Origin: a candidate division FCPU426 bacterium
GTDB taxonomy: Bacteria; Oederibacteriota; Muellerivitia; Muellerivitales; Muellerivitaceae
Assembly (NCBI GenBank): GCA_963719085.1
Contig: CAVRAL010000001.1
Span: forward strand, 832,001 to 896,000
Length of the DNA: 64,000 nucleotides
Reading direction: 5' to 3'
This document shows positions 48,350-57,376 of this stretch, one piece after another (within the stretch, counting starts at the first letter, position 1; every line of letters begins with the position of its first letter). The position numbers and the translations under genes were made by a program. The notes beneath the pieces were generated by a model that was not told where the DNA came from, made no database searches, and worked only from the letters and a program-made list of their open reading frames with translations.

Positions 48350-49198
48350 TCAGAGGATAAGATTGTCAATAAGACGAACATTGTCAATAAAAGCGGCCAA
48401 AGCCAGCAGGACTCCCGGCTTTAACTGCCCGGCGGGCTGCAACAGGCCTGTTTCCACCGCTTCCAGGTACTGAAGCTTTACTTTTTTTTCCTCACGGATC
48501 ACTTTTTTCATTTCGGCTAAAACTTTGTCCGCGCGGGTCTCACCCAAATCAAAAATAGTCTTCCCCACCTTCAAGGCCCGGTACAAAACCGGCGCGATCC
48601 GCCGTCCCTCCGGCGTCAGACGGACATTCCGAGAGCTCATGGCCAGGCCGTCAAACTCGCGCACGATCGGGCAAATGACCGTTTCCACGTCCAGGTTCAA
48701 ATCCTTAATCACTTGCCGAAGCATAATGGCTTGTTGCGCGTCTTTTTGCCCCAGATAAAGCCGGGTGGGTTGGACAGCGCCCAAAAGTTTGGCGACCACG
48801 GTGGCCACGCCGTCAAAATGCCCTGGACGAAAAGGCGCGCACAAACCGGAAACCAAAGGCCCCGTCACCTTCACTTGACTGGAAAAACCTTCCGGATACA
48901 TCACCTTGTCGCTGGGGGTGAAAACCGTATGGACCTTTTCTTTTTTCAAAAGGGCCAGATCGGCTTCCAAGGTCCGGGGATATTGTTTGAAATCTTCTTT
49001 CGGACCAAATTGGAGCGGGTTGACATAAATGGAAGCCACGACCACTTGGTTGGCTTTGCGCGCGATCTTCACGAGCTCCAGATGGCCCTGATGTAAAGCG
49101 CCCATGGTGGGGACAAACCCCACGGACTTCCCCGCTTTTTTCCACAACCGGGCCTGGGCCTGCATGGCGGCGGGATCGGGAATAAGCTGGATGGGCAT
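48350..49198 (-). CDS. panC: Pantoate--beta-alanine ligase
   Basis: VPTMGALHQGH, RPGHFDGV, GLAMSSRN and RLIDN. Confidence 0.96.
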   Translation of the reverse strand: MPIQLIPDPAAMQAQARLWKKAGKSVGFVPTMGALHQGHLELVKIARKANQVVVASIYVNPLQFGPKEDFKQYPRTLEADLALLKKEKVHTVFTPSDKVMYPEGFSSQVKVTGPLVSGLCAPFRPGHFDGVATVVAKLLGAVQPTRLYLGQKDAQQAIMLRQVIKDLNLDVETVICPIVREFDGLAMSSRNVRLTPEGRRIAPVLYRALKVGKTIFDLGETRADKVLAEMKKVIREEKKVKLQYLEAVETGLLQPAGQLKPGVLLALAAFIDNVRLIDNLIL

Positions 49199-49209
49199 GG
49201 ATACTGACT

Positions 49210-49629
49210 TCAGTTACGGACGAAAGTGTCGTAGTAACAGGTAGCGGGACCGGAGCCGGTCACATCCAGTTCCAGATAATAATTTCCGTTGGGCAGGGGC
49301 GTTCCTTGGGCATTGGCGGGGGTGACGGGCAAAGTCGCCGGTGAAGTCTGGCCGGAATGCAGGTCGGTTCTTACGTTCGAGTAGGTGGAATCGAATATTT
49401 TCACTTCAACGCTCGCGGTTCCAGTAAAAGGTGGGACCGCAACTTGGCCCGTGCCGGAACCGGACCAGGGGTTCGGCGTCAACAAGGTGGTCTGGGAACA
49501 TTGGTTGAAACTAGGCGTGTTGGTCGGTGTGGGGCCGGCGCCGTAAAGCGTGAGCTTAGTATCCTGGCAACCGAGGATGGCGAACAACGGAGATGAACAG
49601 ACCAATAAGATCAAAAATAATTTTTTCAT
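49210..49629 (-). CDS. Hypothetical lipoprotein with a possible FlgD-Ig-like domain
   Basis: Lipobox ILGC, PT linker, VKIFD...VRT...LPNGNYYL; GGAGG SD. Confidence 0.65.
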   Translation of the reverse strand: MKKLFLILLVCSSPLFAILGCQDTKLTLYGAGPTPTNTPSFNQCSQTTLLTPNPWSGSGTGQVAVPPFTGTASVEVKIFDSTYSNVRTDLHSGQTSPATLPVTPANAQGTPLPNGNYYLELDVTGSGPATCYYDTFVRN

Positions 49630-49666
49630 CATAAACCTCCAAAATTCATAACCCCATTTAAATTAA

Positions 49667-50455
49667 TTATACCTTAGGAAATTGACGGGTGCGGACTTCC
49701 TCGGAGTAACTCATCAGGGCCTTCCGGATGGTCTCGTGTAAATGGAGATAAGCCTTGGCGTGTTTGGGATGAAAATCAGGCAAAAGTCCCAAAAGGTCGT
49801 GAAGCACCTGAACCTGCCCGCCGCAATGGGGCCCGGCGCCGATGCCGATGGTGGGGATCTTTAAAGCCGCCGATATTTTTTTCGCCGTATCCGCGGGAAC
49901 CAACTCAAGCACTACCGCGAAAGCCCCGGCCTGTTCCAGTGCTTTGGCTTGCTTCAAAAGCTTGGCCGCCGAAGCCTTGTCTTTACCCTGCTGGCGGTAG
50001 CCGCCCATTTGATGAATATGTTGGGGCGTGAATCCGACATGGCCCACGACGGGGATTCCGTTTTCAACCAAAAAGGCCGTGACTTCCGGCGCTTGGGGGC
50101 ACCATTCCAGCTTTACCGCTTTGGCTCCGGCTTCGGCCAAAAAAGCGCCTGCATTTTCCAAAGCTTCTTCCAAACCCAACTGATAAGACAGAAAAGGCAT
50201 ATCGCCGATGACTAAGGCGCGCTTGGTTCCCCGCCCGACCGCCTTGGTGTGATGGATCATCTCATCCATGCTGGCGGAAAGGGTCGAGTCACGCCCCAGC
50301 ATGGTCATGGACAGGCTGTCGCCCACCAAGATCGCGTCCACGCCCGCGGCATCGGCCGCCAGGGCCATGGAATAATCGTAAGCCGTGACCATGACGATCT
50401 TTTCGCCCAAGTCTTTTTTCTTTTGGAAGTCCAACACAGTCACGGGCTTGTCCAC
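49667..50455 (-). CDS. panB: 3-methyl-2-oxobutanoate hydroxymethyltransferase
   Basis: TAYD, LVGDSL, DMPF, AVKLE and TIGIGAG. Confidence 0.96.
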   Translation of the reverse strand: MDKPVTVLDFQKKKDLGEKIVMVTAYDYSMALAADAAGVDAILVGDSLSMTMLGRDSTLSASMDEMIHHTKAVGRGTKRALVIGDMPFLSYQLGLEEALENAGAFLAEAGAKAVKLEWCPQAPEVTAFLVENGIPVVGHVGFTPQHIHQMGGYRQQGKDKASAAKLLKQAKALEQAGAFAVVLELVPADTAKKISAALKIPTIGIGAGPHCGGQVQVLHDLLGLLPDFHPKHAKAYLHLHETIRKALMSYSEEVRTRQFPKV

Positions 50456-50498
50456 GATTAAACCCCTTTATTAAGAAAAACATTAACCAACAAAAAAA

Positions 50499-50603
50499 GC
50501 TCACGCAAAGACGCCAAGACACTAAGAAGGGCAAAAACAAATTAGGTTTTAAAATCAAAAATCTTCAACGACTACCTTGGCGTCTTAGCGTCTTTGCGTG
50601 AGC
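50499..50603. repeat. Family A palindromic element with variant arms, intergenic
   Basis: gctcacgcaaagacgccaagacactaag ... cttggcgtcttagcgtctttgcgtgagc. Confidence 0.88.
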
Positions 50604-50631
50604 CCTTTGTTTTGGTTTTACTAAATACCCT

Positions 50632-51276
50632 TTACTTCCTTACGCTCACCGGTTGGTAATACAGCGTGCCCTTGGTGATATTTCCCATGTGTTTCAAAAG
50701 GTCGTCCAGGTCAGCGTCCCGGTGCACAAAGTCGATCTCGTTGGTGTTGACCACCATGAGCGGCGTATCCTGATAGTGGAAAAAGTAATAGTTATAGGCT
50801 TGATTGAGCTCGGTCAAATACTCCGGCGTGATGTGGGACTCGAATTTGCGGCCCCGCATGGCGATACGTTTGAGCAAAACCTCATTGGAGGCCTGCAGAT
50901 AAACCACCAGGTCTGGCTTTAAGACTTGGCTGTTGAGGATCTTATGGATTTGGTCGTAAAGTTTTAACTCATTGTCATCCAGGGTCAGATTGGCGAAGAG
51001 GCGGTCCTTGGCGAAAATATAATCGCTGACGATTCCCTGCTGGAAGAGGTCGCTTTGCAAAAGGTCTTGCTGCTGGCGGTAGCGGGACAAAAGGAAAAAA
51101 AGCTGGGTCTGAAAAGCGTGTTTGGGCATGTCCTTGTAAAACTGGGTGATGAAAGGGTTTTCTTCCAAACCCTCCAAAACCAGGCGCGCGTTTAATTTTT
51201 TGGACAAAATCTCGGCCAGGCTAGTCTTGCCGACGCCGATGGGCCCCTCAATGGTGATGTATTTATGGCTCAGCAT
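50632..51276 (-). CDS. Deoxynucleoside kinase
   Basis: IEGPIGVGKTSL, FQTQLFFLLSR and RIAMRGR; folK-dNK-panB synteny. Confidence 0.92.
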   Translation of the reverse strand: MLSHKYITIEGPIGVGKTSLAEILSKKLNARLVLEGLEENPFITQFYKDMPKHAFQTQLFFLLSRYRQQQDLLQSDLFQQGIVSDYIFAKDRLFANLTLDDNELKLYDQIHKILNSQVLKPDLVVYLQASNEVLLKRIAMRGRKFESHITPEYLTELNQAYNYYFFHYQDTPLMVVNTNEIDFVHRDADLDDLLKHMGNITKGTLYYQPVSVRK

Positions 51277-51748
51277 GGACCCTTACCTGTGTGTGATCCT
51301 CAACCCGGCTCAAGGCTTCCGAAGCCGTCAGGTTGAGGCCCGGAATCATCAAACCCGGCGCCAACTCAGCCAGCGGCACCAATACATGCCGCCTTTTCGA
51401 TAACCGCGGATGCGGAATCAAGGGATCCTTCTCCTTTTGGACGAGGCTTCCGTAAAGCAGCAAGTCCAAGTCCAGGGTGCGGGGCCCCTTCGGGATTTCC
51501 CTTTGGCGATGCCGCGCCGCTTCCAAGTATTGCGCCCATTCTAACAGAATTTCCGGGCGTTCCTCAGAAACAACCTCGGCGACTTGGTTCAAAAACCAGG
51601 GTTGATCCGTCATGTCCACGGGTTCGGTTTCATAAACAGCCGAAAAACGCGCCTGGTCAAACCGCGCGGCAAAAGCCTCCCGCGCCGCGGCCAGATGTCC
51701 GTCCCGGTCGCCGAGGTTGGATCCCAAGGACCAATAAACTAAAGGCAT
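51263..51748 (-). CDS. folK: 2-amino-4-hydroxy-6-hydroxymethyldihydropteridine diphosphokinase
   Basis: SLGSNLGD, YETEP, GPRTLDLDLL and IPHPR. Confidence 0.95.
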   Translation of the reverse strand: MPLVYWSLGSNLGDRDGHLAAAREAFAARFDQARFSAVYETEPVDMTDQPWFLNQVAEVVSEERPEILLEWAQYLEAARHRQREIPKGPRTLDLDLLLYGSLVQKEKDPLIPHPRLSKRRHVLVPLAELAPGLMIPGLNLTASEALSRVEDHTQVRVHAEP

Positions 51749-51778
51749 TATTGACAAGCCACAGCAACAATCCAACTA

Positions 51779-51942
51779 GCAATTATGCCCCGGGGCTCCA
51801 GATAGAAGTTTGGGAATCCCGGGACAATGCCGCTCTCCTTGACTCTGATTTGGAAGAGCGGCAAGAACGCTGATAAACGCCGATTGAGGAATAAATTCTT
51901 TCTTCCTACGACCCATCCATGTTCATCAGCCTTGATCATCGC
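51779..51942. repeat. Composite element: family B palindrome with a nested 78 bp double-hairpin insert (51787-51864)
   Basis: gcaattat[insert]gaacgctgataaacgccgat ... atccatgttcatcagccttgatcatcgc; inverted homologue of 62247-62410. Confidence 0.85.
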
Positions 51943-51955
51943 AAAATGCCTTTGC

Positions 51956-53122
51956 TTAACTTTTAAGTTTGGAAAGCCGTTGCAGGGCCTCTTCCAAACG
52001 GGCTTTGTCCACCGTGATCGTCATGCGGAAATAACCTTCGCCTTCCGAGCCGAATCCGTTGCCCGGCGTGGCCACGATGCCGGCCTCTTCCAATAGTTTC
52101 CCGCACCAGTCCGCCGAGGACATCTTTTGGGGAACCTTGATCCAAAAATAAAAAGCGGCTTCCGGAATTTGGAACTGCCAGCCCAGTTTTTTGAGTCCGG
52201 CCGCGAAAAGGTCGCGCCGTTCCTGGTAAATTTTCCGGATATTTTCCGTCACGGAATCCGGCGCTTCCAGGGCCGCGATGCCGGCGATTTGCACCGGGTT
52301 AAAAACACCCGAATCCAAGTTGCCTTTCACATCGGCCAAGGCCTTCAAAACCGATTGGTTCCCCACGGCGAAACCCACCCGCCAGCCGGTCATGTTGAAG
52401 GTTTTGGAGAGGGAGTGGAACTCCACGCCCACTTCCTTGGCGCCCGGGATTTCCAAAAAGCTCACCGGTTTTTTGCCGTCGTAATAAATTTCGGTATAGG
52501 CCGCGTCGTTGGCCACGATCAGGTTGTGTTTTTTGGCGAACTCGACCACCTTGACGTAAAAGTCCTTCCCCGCCAAAGCCGAGGTCGGATTGTTGGGCGA
52601 ATTGGTCCAGATGAGCTTCGCCCTTTTGAGGATGCCGGCCGGAATCGCGTCCAGGTCCGGCAGAAAATTATTCTTTTCCAGGAGCGGCATGAAATAGGAC
52701 TCCCCGCCCGCGAACAAAGTTCCAGCGTGATAAACCGGATAGCCGGGCGACGGCACCAGGCAAACATCGCCCGGATTCAAGACGCCCACGGGCAAGTGCC
52801 CAATTCCCTCTTTCGAGCCGATCAAGGCGACGACTTCATCCTTCGGGTCGATCGTCACATTAAACCGGCGTTTGTACCAGGCGGCGACGGCCTCCCGGAA
52901 CTTCGGCAAACCTGTGCCCAGCGGATATTGGTGGTTGGCTTTGTCCTTGGCTGCTTTATAGAGCGCCTCAATGATGAAATCCGGCGTCGCCAAGTCGGGG
53001 TCGCCGATTCCCAAGCTGATGATGTCCACGCCCTTTTCAATGGCGGCTTTTTTCTTTTTGTCGATCTCGATAAAAAGATAAGGCGGCAGTTTTTTAAGCC
53101 GATCAGCGGGGGCGAATTCCAT
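51956..53122 (-). CDS. dapL: LL-diaminopimelate aminotransferase (class I PLP enzyme)
   Basis: LPPYLF, LGIGDPD, IGSKEGI and FHSLSKTFNMTGWRVG; within the dap cluster. Confidence 0.88.
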   Translation of the reverse strand: MEFAPADRLKKLPPYLFIEIDKKKKAAIEKGVDIISLGIGDPDLATPDFIIEALYKAAKDKANHQYPLGTGLPKFREAVAAWYKRRFNVTIDPKDEVVALIGSKEGIGHLPVGVLNPGDVCLVPSPGYPVYHAGTLFAGGESYFMPLLEKNNFLPDLDAIPAGILKRAKLIWTNSPNNPTSALAGKDFYVKVVEFAKKHNLIVANDAAYTEIYYDGKKPVSFLEIPGAKEVGVEFHSLSKTFNMTGWRVGFAVGNQSVLKALADVKGNLDSGVFNPVQIAGIAALEAPDSVTENIRKIYQERRDLFAAGLKKLGWQFQIPEAAFYFWIKVPQKMSSADWCGKLLEEAGIVATPGNGFGSEGEGYFRMTITVDKARLEEALQRLSKLKS

Positions 53123-53151
53123 GGTAGCTCCTTAGGCTTTAACATTTTTTT

Positions 53152-53229
53152 ACAATGATGAACGCTGATAAACGCGGATGAATCAACAGATTTTCATTTT
53201 TATCGGCGTCCATCAGCGTTCATCATTGT
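53152..53229. repeat. Family B palindromic element, best-preserved copy
   Basis: acaatgatgaacgctgataaacgcggatgaa ... tttatcggcgtccatcagcgttcatcattgt. Confidence 0.92.
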
Positions 53230-53247
53230 TAATTGCAGTTGCTTAAG

Positions 53248-54009
53248 TCACTCGACTATGTTGCGTAGTATTCCAATTCCCTCAATTTCAACCTCCACCG
53301 TATCCCCCGCGACCATGGGTCCAATGCCGGCGGGCGTGCCGGTGGTCAAAACATCCAAAGGTTCCAGCGTCATCACATGCGAGGCGAAAGACAAAAGCTC
53401 GGCCGTTTTCCAAATCCTCGAGGAAATTTTATCCTCTTGCTTCACCACGCCGTTCACCCGGCTGGTAATTTTTTGGCTGCCCTCGATAAAATCCGTCACC
53501 AGCCACGGCCCCAAGGGGCAGAAACTATCAAAACCTTTGGCCCGGGTCCATTGTCCGTCCACCTTCTGTAAATCACGGGCGGTGACATCATTACAACAGG
53601 TAAATCCCCAAATCGCTTCCAGGGCCTGCTGGGGCTTGGCCTTGGTCAATTTCGACTTCAGCACCACGGCCAACTCCGCCTCATAATCCACGCGTTTGGA
53701 AGAGGGAGGATACAGGATTTTCCCGTCCGGATTCAATAAGGACGAGGACGGCTTGAGGAAAAGTACCGGCTCCGCGTGGTCATCGTGCTTCATTTCTTTG
53801 ACATGATCCCGGTAATTCAACCCAACCGCCACGATTTTGGTCGGGATGGCGGGGGCTAACAGTTTGTCGGATTTCAAGGGAAAGGACTTCGAGTCCAGCG
53901 TGGCGTCGTTCCAAGGCTCATCGGACATAAAACAACGGTAGGTGTCCACCGAGTCCAAAAGCATGACCCAGCGGGGTTTTTGATTATGAAGAAGCCTAGC
54001 GATTCTCAA
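53248..54009 (-). CDS. Fumarylacetoacetate hydrolase family protein
   Basis: KIVAVGLNY, DYEAEL, NDVTARD, RAKGFD and TGTPAG. Start uncertain (TTG at 54009). Confidence 0.9.
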   Translation of the reverse strand: MRIARLLHNQKPRWVMLLDSVDTYRCFMSDEPWNDATLDSKSFPLKSDKLLAPAIPTKIVAVGLNYRDHVKEMKHDDHAEPVLFLKPSSSLLNPDGKILYPPSSKRVDYEAELAVVLKSKLTKAKPQQALEAIWGFTCCNDVTARDLQKVDGQWTRAKGFDSFCPLGPWLVTDFIEGSQKITSRVNGVVKQEDKISSRIWKTAELLSFASHVMTLEPLDVLTTGTPAGIGPMVAGDTVEVEIEGIGILRNIVE

Positions 54010-54026
54010 GGAAAAACCCGGAATCA

Positions 54027-54110
54027 ACCACCAAGGCGCCAAGACACAAAGGAATAATTTTTCAGTTCAAACATCATTCGCCTTCCTTGGAGTCTTAGTG
54101 CCTTGGTGGT
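54027..54110. repeat. Family A palindromic element with variant arms, intergenic
   Basis: accaccaaggcgccaagacacaaagg ... ccttggagtcttagtgccttggtggt. Confidence 0.85.
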
Positions 54111-54118
54111 GAGCTGTC

Positions 54119-54943
54119 TTAGTGTGAGGTTTGCCGTAATCCAAGAACATCTTGCATGTCATAAAAACCTTTTTTCTTGTCCGAAAGGAAATAAGCCGCC
54201 GTCAAGGCGCCGATCGCGAAAGATTCCCGGCTTTGGGCCCGGTGGGTCAGCTCCAGCCGCTCTCCCGTGCCGGCCAAAAGCACGGTGTGGTCGCCCACGA
54301 TATCGCCGCCGCGCACGGCGTGAAACCCAATCGTCCCGGCCTTGCGTTCGCCCACTTGGCCTTCCCGGCCGTGGGTGGAAACCTCTTTTAACTTCACTTT
54401 CCAAGCCCGGGCCACCGACTCGCCCAAACTTAAAGCCGAGCCCGAGGGGGCGTCTTTTTTGAAATGATGATGGGCCTCAATGATTTCGGCGTCATAACCC
54501 TGTCCTAACTTGGCGGCGGCTTCCTCGACGAGGGCGAAAAGCAAGTTCATTCCCAAGCTCATATTGGTGGCCATCACGACGGGGACTTTTTCGGCGGTCT
54601 GGTGGACCTTGGCCTTCTCGGCGTCGGATAAGCCCGTCGTGCCGACCACCATTCCAAAACCGAGGGCAAGGGCTTTGTCCAAATAACCGGTCGTGGCGGT
54701 GGGATGGGTGAAATCAACGAGAACTTGCGGTTGGATCTTAAATTTCGCGGGATCGGATTCCAAGGTCGCTGGAAGGCTGGGGCCCAGGGAAGGCAAAACT
54801 TCCGAAAGCCGTTTTCCCAAACCGGCGTGGCTCGGGCTTTCCAAGCCGCCCACGATCTCAAATCGGGAATCTTTGGAGGCTAATTCTAAAAGGGTGTGTC
54901 CCATCCGGCCGGTGGCGCCGGAAATCGCCAATCGAAGGGCCAT
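54119..54943 (-). CDS. dapB: 4-hydroxy-tetrahydrodipicolinate reductase
   Basis: GATGRMG, GTTG, EAHHHFKKDAPSG and RGGDIVGDH. Confidence 0.96.
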   Translation of the reverse strand: MALRLAISGATGRMGHTLLELASKDSRFEIVGGLESPSHAGLGKRLSEVLPSLGPSLPATLESDPAKFKIQPQVLVDFTHPTATTGYLDKALALGFGMVVGTTGLSDAEKAKVHQTAEKVPVVMATNMSLGMNLLFALVEEAAAKLGQGYDAEIIEAHHHFKKDAPSGSALSLGESVARAWKVKLKEVSTHGREGQVGERKAGTIGFHAVRGGDIVGDHTVLLAGTGERLELTHRAQSRESFAIGALTAAYFLSDKKKGFYDMQDVLGLRQTSH

Positions 54944-55836
54944 TAACGGCGTCCAGCGGTGGTCAAAAGCCCGAATTTTTCCAAAGCCAAACGGATGCTT
55001 TCTTTGGCTTCCGCGGAAGCCGGCACCAACGGCAAACGGAATTCCTCGGCGATTTCGCCCCGGAGGGCCAAAGCGGTTTTGATTCCCACCGGATTCACTT
55101 CGGCGCTCATGATGGTTTTCACCAACTCAAAAGACTTAAAGAATATCTCGCGGGCTTCTTCCGCTTTTCCATCCAGGTAGCTATGGACCATGCGGGAAGT
55201 CTCGCCGGGCAGCAAATGCGAAGTCACCGAAATAACCGCCGTTCCCCCGATGGATAAAATCGGCAGGGTCAGCGTGTCGTCGCCCGAGATGAGGGCGAAG
55301 TCCGGATCGCAGATGGATTTAATTTTGATCATTTGTTCCAGGTTGCCGCTGGCTTCTTTGACGCCCATGATGAATCGGTTCTTGGAAAGCTCGGCGATGG
55401 TTTCGGGGTTCATATTGATGCCGGTGCGTCCTGGGATGTTATAAAGCAGCATGGGCATGGCGGCCGCCTCGGCGATCGCGGTGAAATGCGCGACCAAACC
55501 TTTTTGACTGGGTTTGTTGTAATAGGGACAGGCCAACAAAGCCGCGTCCGCGCCGACTTCTTTGGCGTGTTTCGTGTAGCGGATGGCTTCCTCGGTGGAA
55601 TTGGAGCCCGTGCCGGCGATGACCGTCACCCTTTTGTTGACGGTTTTCACCGTGAAGGTAATGACATCATCATGCTCTTTTTCGCTGAGGGTGGGCGATT
55701 CGCCCGTGGTGCCGCAAGGCACCAGACCGTCGATTCCCCGGGTGATCTGGGACTCGATCAAATTCGCCAAGGCGGGATAATCCACCTGGCCGTTTTTAAA
55801 TGGGGTCACAAGGGCCGTATAAGCGCCGCGGAACAT
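54943..55836 (-). CDS. dapA: 4-hydroxy-tetrahydrodipicolinate synthase
   Basis: GTTGES, PYYNKP, YNIPGRT and KEASG. Confidence 0.96.
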   Translation of the reverse strand: MFRGAYTALVTPFKNGQVDYPALANLIESQITRGIDGLVPCGTTGESPTLSEKEHDDVITFTVKTVNKRVTVIAGTGSNSTEEAIRYTKHAKEVGADAALLACPYYNKPSQKGLVAHFTAIAEAAAMPMLLYNIPGRTGINMNPETIAELSKNRFIMGVKEASGNLEQMIKIKSICDPDFALISGDDTLTLPILSIGGTAVISVTSHLLPGETSRMVHSYLDGKAEEAREIFFKSFELVKTIMSAEVNPVGIKTALALRGEIAEEFRLPLVPASAEAKESIRLALEKFGLLTTAGRR

Positions 55837-55904
55837 TTTTCCTCCAAAATTTACGTCAGTTGAACAGTAAGAAAGCGGCCCGAGGGCTTCAATGACGTGA
55901 AGTT

Positions 55905-55933
55905 ATATTAGGAAATTTTCCCGCCCATCGCAA
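55905..55933 (-). promoter_or_regulatory. Possible internal sigma70 promoter for dapA
   Basis: TTGCGA, 17 nt spacer, TAATAT on the minus strand. Confidence 0.4.
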
Positions 55934-55970
55934 GTAAACTTTGGGCTACGGATTTTAGGGGCGCGGACCT

Positions 55971-57218
55971 TTAGGTCCAGATTTTTTCCAGTCGCACCAA
56001 ATCCGCGACCGATTGGCGGCGGCGGGCGATCGCGAAGCGTTTGCCCCGGACCACGACTTCGGGCGCCAAGGGCCGGGAGTTGTAGGTGCTCCCCATCACG
56101 CTGGCGTAGGCGCCGGCGGAGAAAACGGCCAGCAAATCGCCTCTTTTGACTTGGGGCAAGAGACGGCCCTTCGCGAGAAAATCCCCGGATTCGCAAATGG
56201 GACCCACCACATCCACCTTCACCGAACCTTTTTGCGGACCCTCGACCGGCGCGATCCCGTGGTAGGCGTCATAGAGGACGGGCCGGATCAAGTCGCCCAT
56301 TCCGGCGTCCACAATGTAAAAAGTTTTTTTGCCGCTCTTTTTGACGTAGGTGACCCGGGTTAAGATCACGCCCGAATTGCCCGAGATGAACCGGCCCAGT
56401 TCCAGAATGAGACCCGCGTTCAGCCTTTTAATTACCGGCAGGACCAAGGACGCGTATTGGGAAGCCTTGGGCGCCTTTTCACCTTGATAGTTGATCCCGT
56501 AACCTCCGCCCAGATTCACGTCGTAAATGGGGAAACCCTCATGCCGGAGCTTTAAGACGATTTGCTCGATCACCCGGGCGGACTTACCCAAAGGCGCCGT
56601 TTGGGTCATTTGACTGCCGATATGGGCGTGGACGCCCGTCCAGCGCACCGACTTGGAGCGGCGCACGGTGTCCATGACTTGGTCCAAATCACCGAGGAAT
56701 ATCCCGAATTTATTTTCTTTTTTGCCCGTGGAAATGTAGTGGTGGGTCAGCGCGTCCACGTTGGGATTGAAGCGGATGGCGATGGGCGCGATTTTTCTCA
56801 TCTTCGCGGCGACCTCATTGATCGCCGTAATTTCAGGGACCGATTCCACGTTGAAATAACGGATCCCCTCTTTCAGCGCGTAGGCGATTTCATCGTCCGT
56901 CTTCCCCACGCCGGCATAGATGATTTTGTTCGCCGGGACGCCGGCTTTGCGGGCCTTGAACAACTCCCCGCCCGAAACCACGTCCGCTCCCGAACCCAGT
57001 TTCGCCAAGGCGCTGATGACCGAAAGGTTGTCGTTGGTTTTGATGGAATAGGCGACCAAATGCGGCACCGATTTGTAGGCTTGATCCACTTCAGTAAACC
57101 GGTCCTCAAAGGCGTTCAGGCTATAGACATAGGCAGGCGTCCCCGCCGTTTCGGCGATCTTGGAAAGTGGAACTCCGTCCACAAACCATTTTTTGTTTTT
57201 GAAATGAAATCCACGCAT
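55971..57218 (-). CDS. lysA: Diaminopimelate decarboxylase
   Basis: GTPAYVY, DVVSGGEL, HIGSQ and GPICESGD. Confidence 0.96.
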   Translation of the reverse strand: MRGFHFKNKKWFVDGVPLSKIAETAGTPAYVYSLNAFEDRFTEVDQAYKSVPHLVAYSIKTNDNLSVISALAKLGSGADVVSGGELFKARKAGVPANKIIYAGVGKTDDEIAYALKEGIRYFNVESVPEITAINEVAAKMRKIAPIAIRFNPNVDALTHHYISTGKKENKFGIFLGDLDQVMDTVRRSKSVRWTGVHAHIGSQMTQTAPLGKSARVIEQIVLKLRHEGFPIYDVNLGGGYGINYQGEKAPKASQYASLVLPVIKRLNAGLILELGRFISGNSGVILTRVTYVKKSGKKTFYIVDAGMGDLIRPVLYDAYHGIAPVEGPQKGSVKVDVVGPICESGDFLAKGRLLPQVKRGDLLAVFSAGAYASVMGSTYNSRPLAPEVVVRGKRFAIARRRQSVADLVRLEKIWT

Positions 57219-57251
57219 GCCAAATCCTTTTATTTGAAGATTTAAAACCTA

Positions 57252-57363
57252 TTTACCGCCAAGACGCCAAGTTCGCCAAGGAAAAAAAGATAAAGCCCCA
57301 GTTGAGTTACTACAGATACCTCGGATTTAGCTTTTCGGGGCGCCCTCGGTGAACTTGGTGGTT
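57252..57363. repeat. Family A palindromic element with a degenerate right arm
   Basis: tttaccgccaagacgccaagttcgccaagg ... ctcggtgaacttggtggtt. Confidence 0.8.
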
Positions 57364-57376
57364 CAACTTGTTTTGT

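Noticed and set aside
14858..57363. Family A/B repeat-spacer-repeat layout as a CRISPR array
   Set aside because: The arms are inverted, the copies are dispersed singly, and no cas genes are present.
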